Below, piece by piece: positions 24,883-38,189 of a stretch of DNA of 64,000 bases. Source of the DNA: Takakia lepidozioides (lineage: Eukaryota; Plantae; Bryophyta); the NCBI GenBank assembly GCA_030704615.1, contig CM060732.1, positions 79,174,001 to 79,238,000 on the forward strand. The letters are read 5' to 3'. The first letter of the stretch is position 1; every line of letters starts with the position of its first letter. Position numbers and translations under genes: made by a program. The notes under the pieces are model-generated. The model had not been told where the DNA came from. It did no database searches and saw only the letters and a list, made by a program, of their open reading frames with translations.

Positions 24883-27800
24883 ATGCTGGAACAGTCCCTT
24901 CTATGCCATGAATGGGGTGAATAACTGTGGATTGCGCATCTGCTGCAAATCACACCAGCTGTCGAAGTCCTAGATAAAGTCATTCAACTCGATTGTGCCC
25001 ACAGCTCCAGAGTACCTACGAGGCCCCTTGGTAGCTCCATACATCTCCTCCATGTCGTCCCACAACAATGGCGAATGAAACTGCACACCTGTTGATGAAG
25101 CCTCCGAGTCTGTGTCTGACTCTACACTAGTTGAGGGTGGAGGTGAAGGTGGTCTGAAACGAACACCTCGTCTGGTGAACCCACTCTCACTGCTACTGCC
25201 TGTAGCCGTACTCCCCTAAGAACCCCTGGGTAACTCCGTGATGACACTCACAATGTGCACCTCCCCCACGTGACACTATAAGGCTCTATTACTAATTCTA
25301 ATAGTGACACGGGTAGGCACCTGTTGCAATTTAAGGGTCATATCCCAGTGGCTCAGGGCACCTGCACCTGCATCCACCGCAAGAACTCATATGGTTGGCT
25401 GGTCATCAACCCAGTCTCACCACAGAAGAAACACTGGTGGTCTTGCCGGTCATCACTCCAGCCTCACCACCGACAGCATACTCTAGGATTGACCGGTGAT
25501 CAAATCCGGCCTAATCCCAAAGCAAGCGCCCACACAAAACCAATATGGCACACAGTCAAGCATGCAGGTGTTGGGGGGGATCCAAACACAAGAAATCAAA
25601 ACATCAACACCCCCACACCAAAATCCAGCTGCAATGCTGATCCTGCAAAATAGCCCAGCCCAAAACCCCGGACTGAATGGCCTCCACCAAGAGAGGCTAT
25701 GGCAACTACGAGTACAAGGTAATGAAAATAGTACAGAGATGGAGGGGAAGAATAGAAGCCCGCCCAAGCAAGATCTAATCCTGATCTATGCTATCAACTG
25801 CCAGACTTCTCTCAAAGTGCCTCGCTCTGCATGATGGTAAGGTGTAGGAGGTATATCTATGTCCAGAAACCTGCTACTAACCTTGTCCCAAGCTACAGTA
25901 GCTCGCTCTAACCAACCCTCCTCCTCTTTCTGCCAGGTAGAGACAAAGCAACACTCTGCTATCTCCCGCTCACTGAATACTAAAGAAAACAAAGGTAGGG
26001 TCTGATAGTCTCTCAACTCGAAAGCTTTGAGACGGTTGCGGGTGTCCTCATTGCGAATGACTGCATCTCCTTCAAACAGAACAAACTTGTCATCGCTAAT
26101 GAACCCCCGCTCGTGGTTGCCTTGTGTAGAGCGTGTCCGGCTGCAACGCTATTTGATTGCACAAACTTGTGTAGCTCCTGCTGCTCTACTCCAATACACC
26201 ACGGCCTTGTGGCTGAACACCTTGGTCCCCAGGGCTGTCTTTGGCTGTGTTCCAAGCCTAGCTTTCACCCACTTTGGTATTTCACCTACAGTGCAGAACT
26301 GCTGGCTCCAACAGAGTTCTGACTGTCAAAAGCAATATTGAGGCCCTCAACGCCAACTACAGCATTTTGTTGTCCACTGCTAATGCCTGACTCCCAGTAT
26401 GCAATCAACTCGTCCAACTGTTCTCCACTCAAATCAGTCTGAGTTCCTTGGGAAACATAAATCTTGTCCCCTTGGGTGCACAGGCTAAGAGAAGAGACCT
26501 GCCCTTCAATTACGTCCTCATTTCCCCCAGCCATACAAGGGATACATCCCCAGATTTATCTCTCATGTAGACCAGAACAGGTTCTAGAAATAGGATTGTG
26601 GATCTTTTATGGCACACTCACACTCTAAAAATTCCATAGATTTCTAGCAGAGTCCCAAAAACAAAAACCAGATCTACCTAGGTAGATATCCCCTTTCTGC
26701 AGCTATCCCCTAAAAAACTGAGTCAAACGGAGCTCATTTGACAAAGATATGACCAACTAGGCTCTAAATCATTTAAATTAGATCAAAAGGCTTTTTGTTT
26801 TTTTGTTTTTTTTTTTAAACACAAAAATGTTCTTGCCATTAAAAACTGTTCCCACGTTTTTTGCGATTCCCTGCAGGTTCCCATCAAGGTCAAAATACCG
26901 TGCCCTGCGAGTGCCCGAAATGGTGGATTTGCAGTCTACCAACTGAGGTTGTTGTGCTGAGATCCTCCTTCGCAGGTACACGCTTGGCAGCTGATGCTCG
27001 TCCTGCACCCCGGGTCTGCCATGCCTCTGGCGTCAGGGCGACTGTTTCACTCTCCAGCGGCTCACTCCAGAAAAGGGATGGACGCTTGCATTTCTATAGT
27101 GAAGGTTTGTAGCAAGTAAGGTGCGTCGCTTGCCTCGGGAGAGTAGATTATGCAAGCAATTATAGTGGCACCTGCTTGGTAGGAGCAATCAGCCTTTTAC
27201 CGTAAACTCCATGTAAAGAGTTCATGGTCGGTGCAGTTGGGCGACAATAGTGTGTTGATGCTGCTGAAGAAATGGAATGAGAGATGTGTAGATGGAGCAA
27301 TCGGTGAGTGCCCAGGTTGCAGCGGGAGTCTCCTGCTTGTCTCTGTCCAAATTGGGCTTTCTGGCGGGCTCCAGTCCCTCGCAGGGCAAGCACCACCTGT
27401 ACTTCCACTCCTGAGACTTTGCTCGAGAGTTGCTGAAGTTAGGTTTAGTTAGTGATTTGAGATCAGAGTTGGTTTGTTCAAAATGGGTTGTCTAGGAAGA
27501 CGATCGTCTGCTCTCGCCTCCTTCAGTCCTTCCTCAGACTGGAATACAGCTATCTCTTCAACACCATTTGCAGCTTGGATTCGTTCAACATCTACAACTG
27601 CAGGCTTGGCATAAAGCTCACTGAGCTCATTTCGAGTGCTCCCTTCCTCCCAGGCCTAAAGAGGGTGTCAAACTTATGGTTGCCTTCATTGTCCTGTTGC
27701 AACTCCATACAGACATCTCAACTTCCGTCTCTGTAACTCTTTCATGCAGCCTGACGAGGTTCTTCTTAGCAGCCAGAGGTGACTTCTTATGCTGACACGA

Positions 27801-28520
27801 CATCTATGTAGCACCAGTGGCCAGCCTGTCTGATATCGCTAGCAAGACGTCCAAATCTCTCATTTTCACATATCTGTAGGGTTTCACGTTCATCATCTCC
27901 ATTGCTGCAATGTTGTAATTTGGCCTTGCTATGACGTCTTGTCCCAGCTGCAGAACATAATGGTATTGGATTCTCTTCATAGGGCATTCTCAGCTCCTTG
28001 GTCTCTTGCTCCACGTCGCCTCCTCTGCTTCATTCAGTCTGGCTACGCCATTCTCCTCCCTGCAACAAAATCTTCTACATCGTCCCCATCTCCTCACCGC
28101 GGACAGATGTGGCAGCCAAGAACTCTCCTGTCGCCACTGCTTAGGGCTGCTCCACGGACCTCAAAACAGATTGATCAAGATTCCCCACACAAGTACAACC
28201 TGACGCAGGCCCTTCTGAAGACGTCGCAGCAAACTACAAACTGATTCGCTCACAGCCTCAAAACACGGCACCGGCTGTTTGCTTCAAGATTGAGTCCCTA
28301 GCATAGCTTGAATGAGACGCATACTTGTGGTTGAGAGCCTTGGATAGACGAAAAGACCCGACTTCCCAAACAGTGCCAGAGCCCACAGAGAAAATAGAAG
28401 AATGTGGGGATCTGCATATCTCTTGGACTCATAGATTAACAAGTTATATTATAATAGTGCTAAGAAAAACATCATATCTAGCTTAGCACTAGAAAACTAG
28501 ATAGAGTCATCTCACTTGAG

Positions 28521-28875
28521 TGATAAGAAAAGCTAAGAACACACTCTTAACACAAGAAACATGAAATCCATCTCATCATCACTCTTTCAGATAATAGTCG
28601 AGCCAGGGGCACCCCAAGCTATGGGGACTCCACCCCACAACAACCTATCCTCCCATCATAAGTACACTCAGTTCTAGACGATAAAGGAGCTCGGTCGCGC
28701 AGGCTCAACTCAAGAGAGATGAGCTGCGCAACTGCCGCTCTCGTGAAGATAAGACGGTTCAGGTGTCAAACTAAACTTTGACACCTGACTTAACACTTGA
28801 CCTAAATCCAAGTGTTAAGTACAAATAACTAGCTTTATTCTAGTCATTTTCACACTGTGCTTATTTAACTTGACA
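28521..28875 (-). repeat. 5' 'A' repeat (LTR segment) of a sister subfamily
   Basis: Homologous to 8236-8587 and 62835-63183 but with a distinct first ~70 bp. Confidence 0.9.
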
Positions 28876-28879
28876 GAGG

Positions 28880-30347
28880 CTATTTTTGTAGTGTCTCCTG
28901 CTTCGTAATGCGGTGCTTCGTAATGCAGTCTCCGTTCGTCACATGAAATCCGAGCTTGACAATATTTTGGTTCTCTAGCAAAAGGAACAGAAAACACAAT
29001 GAATCATTTACCTTCCATTGTCTAGTCTCCAACTTCGTTGTGTGATCGTTGTACTTTTTCAGCCTCCCCCTCAGCTCGAAGAAATTTCGGGCATGTGCAG
29101 CTTTCTCGGGAAATGTTGTGTCAAATTTTTGCGCCTTATTCGGGTCGTTTAGGAGCTTAGATACCTTCACGAGCCTCATTAGATCCTTTGACCATATAAT
29201 CTTTGAGGGCCAGTCAGTGTAGTACTTCTTAAGATTGTCGTCGTCTACGTCTTGCACAAGTTCCTGCGACAGAATTGAATAAGGTCAGAAATGATATCGA
29301 CCTAACAAGAATGTTGTTTAAAGTTCATGAACCTCCACTGTCTAGTGGAGGTTCATGTTGTTACAAAAATTGGAATTTGTTGAGAAATATACCTTGGCAG
29401 CAATGATCGTGTGTTGTCCACCGATGACGAAGAATCTGGAATTTTCCACCTCGTTCCAGTTTCGAGGTTTCGAATTAGAAACCTCCATAGGCTTCTCGGG
29501 GTTTACGAGAATCAAATAAACTGGATGTTTGGAGTCGAACACCCGGAGCTGGTAAAGACGCGCTTTGACTTCGTCTTTGTGCTTCACATTTAGGGGCCTG
29601 TACACCATATCCCTGGGAGCAAGCTCCATCATGGAAACTTTGACGTTATGGGTCGCCTCAAACCCAAAAGGAAACATGTCCTTGTAGTCTTGCTCCAGCC
29701 TCTCCAGCATCTTCTCACACTTCTCTTTGTCGAATATGTCTGCAGCCTTGGGTTTCTTGTTATCTGTCATGAACGCGGGATCCATCTCCTCCTTTTGTTT
29801 CTTCTTTCCCCCTGATGTCCCGGCTTCATTCTCATCACCACCGGCGTCAATGGATTTCCGTTTTCCCTTCTTTGGCCTCCCTCTTGCAGCCTCCTCCTCC
29901 CGGGTCTTTGCTTTAGGTAAAGCACATCCAAGAAAATACCCCAAGCCATGCAAAATCCTTCATCTGTAAATTGAGTACCCTCGTCGCAATATGTGAACCC
30001 CGCCCTAATGGACTCTCTCATCATGGCCTTCCTTAGAATTCGTACCTCCAATTTGAAGCCAAACGTTCTGGGAAATCTACCATCTTCCATCATGAACATT
30101 ACCAGCATTGGAAATTCCACCTCCATCTCTAGCTCTACGTCGACCACATCTGCATATTTGAGCTCAGCGACCTCTGCACCAATCTTGTATTGGAACCGGA
30201 ACTTATGGTCCGGAGGTGTGCCAACGGGTACAATGCCCCATTCTGTGATCTCCGGGTTGAGCTCAAAAATTGCCAAGTGATCATTCTTGAAATTCGGAGA
30301 TTTTTGAGAAACAAAAGAACCACAGATAGGTTTGCACATTCCAACAA
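28880..30347 (-). pseudogene. Spliced gene with ParB/Srx-like domain (accessory ORF of the Sola-like transposon), cut by the Gypsy repeat at 28875
   Basis: MVYRPLNVKHKDEVKARL...FFVIGGQHTIIAAK resembles the ParB-N GxxR/H core. GT-AG intron at 29264-29392. Confidence 0.55.
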
Positions 30348-30731
30348 TACAATCCCTGGGGGTGATGTTGCTGTGCACAGAACAAACCACCTCTGTCGTC
30401 AGACACATATCATAACAACCATACAAAACTCCCAGGACAGTAACCTCCATTGTCCAGTGGAGGTTCACCACGTCACATGCTCATAGCTGACAGATAAAAG
30501 AATCCAATTCAGGAGAAAAAAAAGATATCACTCATAAGAAGAAAAAAACATTTATTCAGAGAAGGCTCGTTTCGCCATTCAATACATCATGCAGTCTCAA
30601 AATTGTTCGAATAACGAATACCCAATATCTACAAGAACTCGATATTCTTTTGTAAGATGAGGTTCATCTTTTCATTTTCTTATATCTACAATAACTACAG
30701 GAGGCTCTCTCGAATCATCCTCAAGGTTTCA

Positions 30732-30856
30732 GGGGAGTACTCTCTAGGGGTATATGTCAAAGAATCTCCGGGGATGTATTCTGGAGAATATCCAGGGACG
30801 TACTTAGGAGAATTTGCAGGGACATATTCTGGAGAATTTACAAGGACAGATACTGC
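30732..30856. repeat. 24-bp minisatellite (GGAGAAT[A/T]T[C/G]CAGGGAC[A/G]TA[C/T]T..), ~5 degenerate copies
   Basis: Periodic GGAGAAT/AAAGAAT at ~30759, 30783, 30807 and 30831. Confidence 0.65.
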
Positions 30857-31380
30857 ATATTGAGGAGGGTGAGGACTGTATCCGGAGTGGATGGGAGGAC
30901 AAATCCCGGGTACTGTTCATTATCTCCTACAGAAATGTCATTATCTGAATCAGACTGAAGATTGCACTCATCGCTTTCATCTTTCTCTTCCTCTGTTTCC
31001 TCCGTTGTCTCCCGTCGAATAAGTCCCTCGAACATTGATTCGTCACTGCCCGGAGTTATGAAGGAGTACAAGTTTGGCCCATGTTTGATGCGACCCATTT
31101 GTTTATCATGATCCTGCAATGAAATTTTACTTTATTCGACTTCCAAGTGGACGTTCAATGAATTGTTCAATACTGCTACTTCGCATTGAGCACTTCAATG
31201 TCAAATGGACCTCTTATATGACACATTTTGAAACAAGTATGACATCACCTGAAATTTCACAAAGTTCAATCACACATTACACCATGATATTATTAATATT
31301 TCAATTAATTTTAATACGAATATATATTAAGTTTAGTCCAGATTTAAGCCAAAAGTCTAGAATTAATTAAAATAGTGTTT

Positions 31381-32040
31381 TTATCACTCGAGAAAGATTA
31401 GCTCGTATCTATGAGTGCTAGATACGAGTTAGTTGTTAGCACTTGTGTGTTTTCAGATGAGAAGCAACTCAACTTAGAGTGCAGGGATCAGTGCATGAAC
31501 CTATCCAAAGTGGATAGGATGCGATGGCGAACAGGTTTCAGGTTTGCAATGGATATAGAGGCGGCAGCCTGTGTTGAAGAGTAGTGTTGTATAGCTCAAC
31601 GTTATGGCAGCCAAGTGTGGTGAGTGTGGAGCTGCGAGGGTGTTTGATGCCAGTCACAGTTATCGGGAGCTCCAACTTCAAGCTCATAAGGAGGTATGAG
31701 TGAAGAGAGATGGCTGATTTCTCTTGTATGCAAGCCAATATTGCATTTGTGGCTATGTTGAGTTGGGGGTGTCAATCTGAAACTCCAGCGGTATGAGGGC
31801 TTTTGCCATGGCAAGAGCAGGGCTGGAACAGGAGCTAAGAGGTGCGGCAAGGCCATGGAATGTGCACCTAGGGTTCAGAGCTTGGAAGAAAAGCTCTTGC
31901 ACCACAAGAGGAGTGTCTTGTGGCTGGAAATGTAAACCTTAGGGTTTGAGGAGCTTGGCAAATGCTGTGGAGTGCTTAGTCTTGTCTTAGAGAGCATCAA
32001 GGAGCCAAAGAGCCAAGATAAGGGGCTGATATTACCTCTT
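31381..32040 (+). mobile_element. Leader fragment of a related Gypsy element (LTR-end/PBS junction)
   Basis: TTATCA|CTCGAGAAAGAT at 31381-31398 mirrors the A-end/PBS junction of the DNMT elements. The right limit is approximate. Confidence 0.5.
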
Positions 32041-32069
32041 GTATGAAGGGGATGCATGTGTTAAGCATA

Positions 32070-32810
32070 CATTCAGTGATATTACCTCTTGTGTGAGTCC
32101 TTGGTCTGGAACTCGCTCGCACGACTCGCTTTCTGACTGATGATTAGCCTCCTCCAAATTAGCGCGTGCCTTCACTGCTTTGGCGGCAGTAATTCTCTTA
32201 GTGCTATTCCTTGTCGTATTTTTCCGTGGAGGCATTGTCCACACAACATTGTTCACGTGGATCCATTGAGGAGGATCTGTCGAGTTATACTCCCAAAGTT
32301 TTGACCAACAGTCCCGGTATCTTTCCAAGTCTTTGGGTTACCACCTTTTCTCGGTCTCCACCACTCCACCTTCACCTTTTTAAAATTAAGATCCTCCCTT
32401 TCGCGGATCTCTGGAAACTTTCACTTCATGTGTTAAGTAAGGCTCTTACACGCACCAGGGGAGTTTCTATCATCGTTAGATATTGCCACCCCCATCCAGA
32501 CAGGGCACGTACTTGGGTCATGAGGGCGAATGAGCACAAAGAACCCTTTCTCAATATCCTTGAACGGATTCAGGGATATTCTTGGTCGCTCACACCTCGG
32601 GCCACAGTAAGGTTCTAGGATTTCATCTTCTTCTTCCACATCTGGCACTATATGTGGATGGATTCCATCTCTGTGATGATTCTTGGACCAATTTGTTTTC
32701 GGCCAGAATCCCTCAAGAACTGAATATGCTCGGGAGCTTTCGGAATTGGCTTATCCAGCTTGGCGAGAATATTTCCCCAGTACTGGTCGTATTGTTCCAT
32801 TCGACCTGTT
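32070..32810 (-). pseudogene. Probable C-terminal part of the same transposase, in opposite orientation
   Basis: MEQYDQYWGNILAKLDKP / EGFWPKTNW...NPFKDIEKGFFVLIRP...PVWMG...YRDCWSKLW...PPQW in consecutive minus-strand frames. Confidence 0.55.
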
Positions 32811-35500
32811 TCTTACTCTTCCCATGTCTTCATCTCTAGTAGCCATTGGGGACTGCCTTAATGTCTCCGGTGTTGGGACCTGTCATGGACACCAATTATC
32901 TTCCTCAACCATTTCAGTGGTTCTCATCTCCTATGATGAAGCACACTCATTATGTCCTCTTCCTTATGGACATATGGATGCTGACACCTTGAAGGAGGCA
33001 ATTGGGACCCCGGTGGTGTGGAATGTTGGCGAAGTTCATGCAGAGAATAACGAGTATCAAGGAGGGCCTGACATGAATCCTGATTTTATGCCGGAGACAA
33101 GGGATGCTGTCGAGAATTCTGGCGTCGACGAGGATGAATCAAACCACAGACCATCGAAGAGTTCCGGGAACCCGAGCGGAGGACGCGGAAGAAAAAACTG
33201 GAGAAACTTGCAGTGCGTACTGTTGGGTGATGATGGGGGTGCACTGTTCGAAGGGAGGATTCAAGCCTGCATTCCGGACGAGGTGATTCTCAATGACAAA
33301 CTGGGAGAGGATGATGTTGGAGTTCTTGTCACCAGAATACTTTCTGGAGGTTCTGGATCTTTGATGTCTCTTGTAAAATGGTCTTTAACAAAAACACAAT
33401 TTTTGGAAAGTGGGAGACTACTCTCAAATGATGTGGAGAATTTTATTAGATCCTCCGACAGCATCTTGTACGAAGATCACGAGGCAGGTTTGAAGAAAGC
33501 GGCGTATCGGCATTTTACGAGGAAGAAGAGGGATCGAGATTTGGAACACTCCAAAAAAAGAATGAAGAATCTTACTCTCGAGGAAGTCCGGTCCGTGAGC
33601 AGCAAACCTTGCTGCAGACTTCACTGCTGTCAATATTTCGATTGGCGAAAAACCTTGGCTATCCATACTTCGTTTTGGGGATCCACATTCGATGAGAGGA
33701 GAGAACACGGACTAAATGTTTCAAAACGACTTCATATGCTGGAAGGGACCTCTCGCAGGGCATACGTTACGATTGAGGGTGTGGATGTTTGTGAGACTGC
33801 TTGGTGGAAAATTCATGGAATTGGCAGGTCCACATACATGGAGTACAAAAAATTGAGTAAACAGGGTTGGTTGTCAAGTCTCCATGGGAACCGTGGAGTG
33901 AAGAGGCCACGCCCAAGGACGCTTCAGGAAAAGAGTAACATTATGTCTATTATCAACGGAAATACTGACCTCATGCCCCATAAGACAAGATGCATTGGGG
34001 AGGGAAGGAGAGATACTTTGAGAGTCTTACCACCTGAAATGAACTGGAAGCGAATACGAGACGAGTCCAACGAGGTATGAAATCTTCATTCTTCAATTTC
34101 TTTCCTGGAAGTCTTTTCTGATTCAATTTGGATGATCCTCCCTTTGATTTTGTCTCTTTCGACTGTGGTTCTAGCTTCATGAACCTCCACTGTCCAGTGG
34201 ACATTCCTTTCCTGACCCTGCCTTATTGTAACAGTCCAAGAGACTATTCGGGTTGGAAGGAGTCTCGCAGTCGGCTGTTAGCCGCATCCGGAGTCGGATA
34301 TTTCCTAACGTGGAGGTTCGTAAAACTGGGAGTACATTTGCGAAGTGCACGGAGTGTGAGATGTTAAAGGACCTGATCAGAAAGTCTGTCAAGAGAAGTG
34401 CGGAACAGGTGACACACAAACGAGCTCTTGATAAACATTTGAGGCACCAAGAGTCGTGCAGAAGACTGTACCATAGCTGGAGGAATGAGTCTGTTATGAT
34501 TCCGGAGGAGTTTCTCTGTATTATTCACGACAAAATGGATCATAGGAAAACAGCTGTTCCAAAGCTACAGACTCCAAACAAGATGATTTCTGGATTGGGT
34601 CAACTTCCAGTTTCACTAACGGGAATGGTCACGCACGGACACGATGATGGAGCTTATGGACAGTATTCTCTTGAGTTCTGGAAGGGAAATTCAAACTTTA
34701 CAATTGGTTCTTTGGCCCATTGCCTGCGCCAGCTGGAGAAGCCAACCTGTCGCGAGTCCAGGAACATTTTCGAGTACCGACTTCAAAACGAGTTTTTTGA
34801 ATTACTTTTAAGAGGTAAATCGAGATGTTTGGATGTTCTGCCTGCAAGCCGGAAGACAAACGTGGTGCTCGTCCATTTCCGAGAAGACTGTACTTGCAAA
34901 TGGACAACTCCGCGAAGGACAATAAGAACAAATGGATGCTTGCTTTCTATCCCTACTGACCGCCAAAGAGGTTTTTGAAGAAATCCAACTAGGGTTCCTA
35001 ATGTTCGGACACACCCATGAGGACATCGACGGGTTCTTCAGCTACCTTTCGAAGAAGCTGAAGGAACGAAGCACCTACATTCTTTCGGATTTGATGAGGT
35101 CTTTTATGACCTCGCAAGATCTGCAGTTCATTCCACAGATTTTTCAGGAGGTTCCCGACTTCAAGAATTTTGTCAAGGGCTGTATTCTGGATGGAAAGGA
35201 GGCGTTGGTCGGGATTTCGGAGATGCACGTCTTCCGCTTTTTTAAGGATGCCGAGGGCTGGCCCGTCATGAAGTACAAGAAGTCCGCTACTGATTCGGAT
35301 TGGCTTCCAACAAACAATAGCGTGAAGATGTGGAAGTCCAATCCTGACGGGACTCCCAAGCTCCCTGAAGGAGACCCAGACGCCGTTCTAAGGAGACCTA
35401 TCTGGGGAGTCGGGGACGACTCCTCCAAAAAACAATCATTCATTAAGAATGGAATAAAAAAATACAGGGATTTTTGGACGAAAGGAATTATGCTTGACGA
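32810..35500 (+). pseudogene. Sola-like DDD transposase (core), frameshifted, with intron starting at 34075
   Basis: Cys-rich CCRLHCC...VCETAW; FAKCTEC...HLRHQ; FLCIIHDKMD; LQMDNSAKDNKNKW; FLMFGHTHEDIDGFFS. The superfamily is assigned from motif memory only. Confidence 0.7.
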
Positions 35501-38189
35501 TCATACCGGAACCTCCACTACACACGCGAGGTTCAAGAAACTGAAAACCCCTCCGTGACGACCTTACTTACAGTAATAAGCAATATGAGTCAAGACTATA
35601 TTCAGAGATGAATCAATACAATAAAAAGAAATACACTCGCGTATGAACGTTTCAGAGAAGTAGAATAGAAATGAAATTATTGTTTAGTCTGGAACATGTC
35701 ATATGAAGATTGTGTCTAATTATATAACCGCCACTGTACAGTGGAGGTTGGATGAGATAATAATGAAAAAAGTCGGACGGATGAATACTAGTGGATGAAC
35801 ATGGTTACGTGGATGAATAATGGTAATGACGGTGAATGTGAGCATTGACGCGACTGTCCAGTGGAGGTCCACAACTTGAGGTATGATGAAATACAGAATT
35901 GAAGAGTATTGGACTATAACTTCTAAACATGCAGATGAGAAATAAGTAGATTTTCCTGTAGAGTATCGAAAACACACAGATGTCATAACATTTTGTACGG
36001 GAGAAAATGCAGTTCACACGAGAGATTATGGAAATTCAGAGAGGTACACCTGCGATGGCCACAGAGGTACAAGATGCTCAGAGAGGTGCACTATGGGAAG
36101 TGAGGTGGGAGATGACTAGAGAGGTGCGGGAAACACAATCTGCAAGTGAGAGGTATGGAGATAGAAGTTTGAACAGTTTGCACTCAGACCTTATATAGAG
36201 GTGGAAACCAAGTTGCCCGCTGGAACTCCTCCAATGGGATAGTGCGATACATTGTCTCGCAGATCGATTTCCGTCGCCGTTGATATCCGATATGGCCACA
36301 ATCAAACGGTTCTGGATGGTGCATGAGTGCACTCTTTGACCGATTTTGGAAAAGAGTGTCCTTTACTGGTAGATCCCTATGTAACAATTATGATGCCAGA
36401 ACGATAACGGTGGTTCAATGGTTTCGCACTCGTGCTTATCAAGCAGTACGTATTTTGCATTCAATGTTGTCCAAGTGGATGAAGGCCTGACGCCGATGAC
36501 AAGCGTTTCATGAATTCGTGCAGCTATGACACTCGGCTAAGAATGTGGCGGGCGTAAATGAGTGACAGAGGAAATATTCCAAGCCTCAATCCGCCGAATG
36601 TAGACATGGTCAGGAACAACAATTCCCAGCGGCAAAACGCCGCAGGAGGATCTGACTTGTACATTTCATTTATCGTCACGTGTGGGGTGTGGGAAATATC
36701 CCGCGGGGTTATAATTGATGATCCTGTGCAAGGGATCATTAACGTCATATTTTCTCGTTCATTCATCTGTTTATTCATTTCATCTAGTCATTCGTAAAAT
36801 GGATGGACAGAATGGAAAGGATGAATTGGATGATATTTGCATGGATGTTGGATGGAACACGCGCGACCGTTCGATTTCGAAATGACGCAATGGTTCAGAT
36901 CCTTTGCGACAGCACCATATAAGGGGTGTGGTCGTTCAGCCCACCCTTTCGCCACTCCATTGTGTACGCGGAAGCGCTGCGGAAGTGGTAAGACCGACTA
37001 GCGCTAGAAAACAGATAGTTTTGAAGGGGGGAGAGCGTGAAGAGCAGAGAGCGTGTTGTGGTGCCGTGAGAGCTGAGAGAAGAGGGCGTGTAGTTCAGTG
37101 CAGCGTGAGAGTGCAGTGGAGGAAAAGAAGCAGACAGCGGATTCAAGTGCAGACAGGAGACGGGAGGGAAGCAGAGCGTAAGGGAGAGTGGAGCGGAGCG
37201 GTGGAAGCTTAAGGGTAAGGCGTTTCAGGTCAACAATAGGGGCACCGAAAGGGCTCACGCATCCAGCAGGTAATGTTCTAGTTTACGCATCTGGTTTGAT
37301 GTCATTATCTCATTCTCTCTTTGTTCAGTTTGTTAATTTGCTTTTCTTTTTGTTTTACTGTTGCTTTTGTTGGTCAGCATCGCCCACGTCGCTGTTGGTT
37401 TGCTTCTCTTCCTCACTTGCTTTCGTTCCAGAGGTTATAGAGCACCACTTGTTTCTTGCATGTCACGTTTCGTCAGTATGCTGTCTTGTCTGCTACGGAG
37501 CATCTCATTTCAATTCATGTGGATCCAAAGCTGTTTCAATTAGTTTGAATTGATTAAAGTTGTTTAGGTGTTTCAATGCATTGCTGCTTCTCTGCTAGTG
37601 GTTTGCATGGTGGTTTGTAAGGGTGGTTGGTATGGGTGGTTTGTGGTCCGGGTATACTGGTGTTGCTGGATTATTAGGGTTATGGATTAGGGTTATGGCG
37701 GGTTAGGATCATGGTTTTTTGCGATTGTTTATCCGAATTTCCGACATTTGAAAACGGGTTTTTCTTCGGGCCTAGGCTACTCTAGTAGACTAGTCTCCGT
37801 AGACCACTAGACCTCTAGTAGACCTCCATAAACTCCGGCAGGACAAACCACACGAACCTTGCCTGCCCAGTGGAGGTTCCTGCATGTTACTATGCCAAGG
37901 CACAACATAAGGATGTATTGAGATAGACTTATGTCGGTGCCTCCCCTGCGTTGATTTTTTGTTTTGTCAGTATAAAAAGAAGGGGCGTAGGAGTGCACAC
38001 GGTGGCCAAAGATGGTTCTGAGACCGTTGTCGACATCTGTAAGAGGCCAAGGAGACAGAATCCAGTAAGCTTCAACGAATCAGAAAACCAAGACACATCA
38101 CTGGTTGTATCGAAAACAAAAACCTTCCAGAAGAGATCTGAGAATGAAATATCATGTTTTGGATCTGACAAGGCAGTAAAATATTATAA

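Larger units (their letters stand above)
18809..28875 (-). mobile_element. Ty3/Gypsy DNMT element, copy 1b (3'-truncated within integrase, chimeric)
   Basis: IN fragment, RT 19810-21029, DNMT 21084-22443, gag-PR 22459-~25240, leader ORF 25786-26534, PBS-like 28507-28520, and A repeat 28521-28875 ending AACTTGACA. Confidence 0.88.

Noticed and set aside
9347-25834. Many short plus-strand ORFs over the Gypsy copies
   Set aside because: They are antisense shadows of gag-pol with no motifs (except the real inverted gag at 16955-17423).
8150-28875. One single 20.7-kb element
   Set aside because: The flanks (GCAT vs GAGG) form no TSD, the A repeats are different subfamilies, and the internal region is duplicated and rearranged.
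32683-32810. N-terminus of the 465-aa ORF
   Set aside because: Non-ATG start; it overlaps the antisense of the probable transposase C-terminal fragment.
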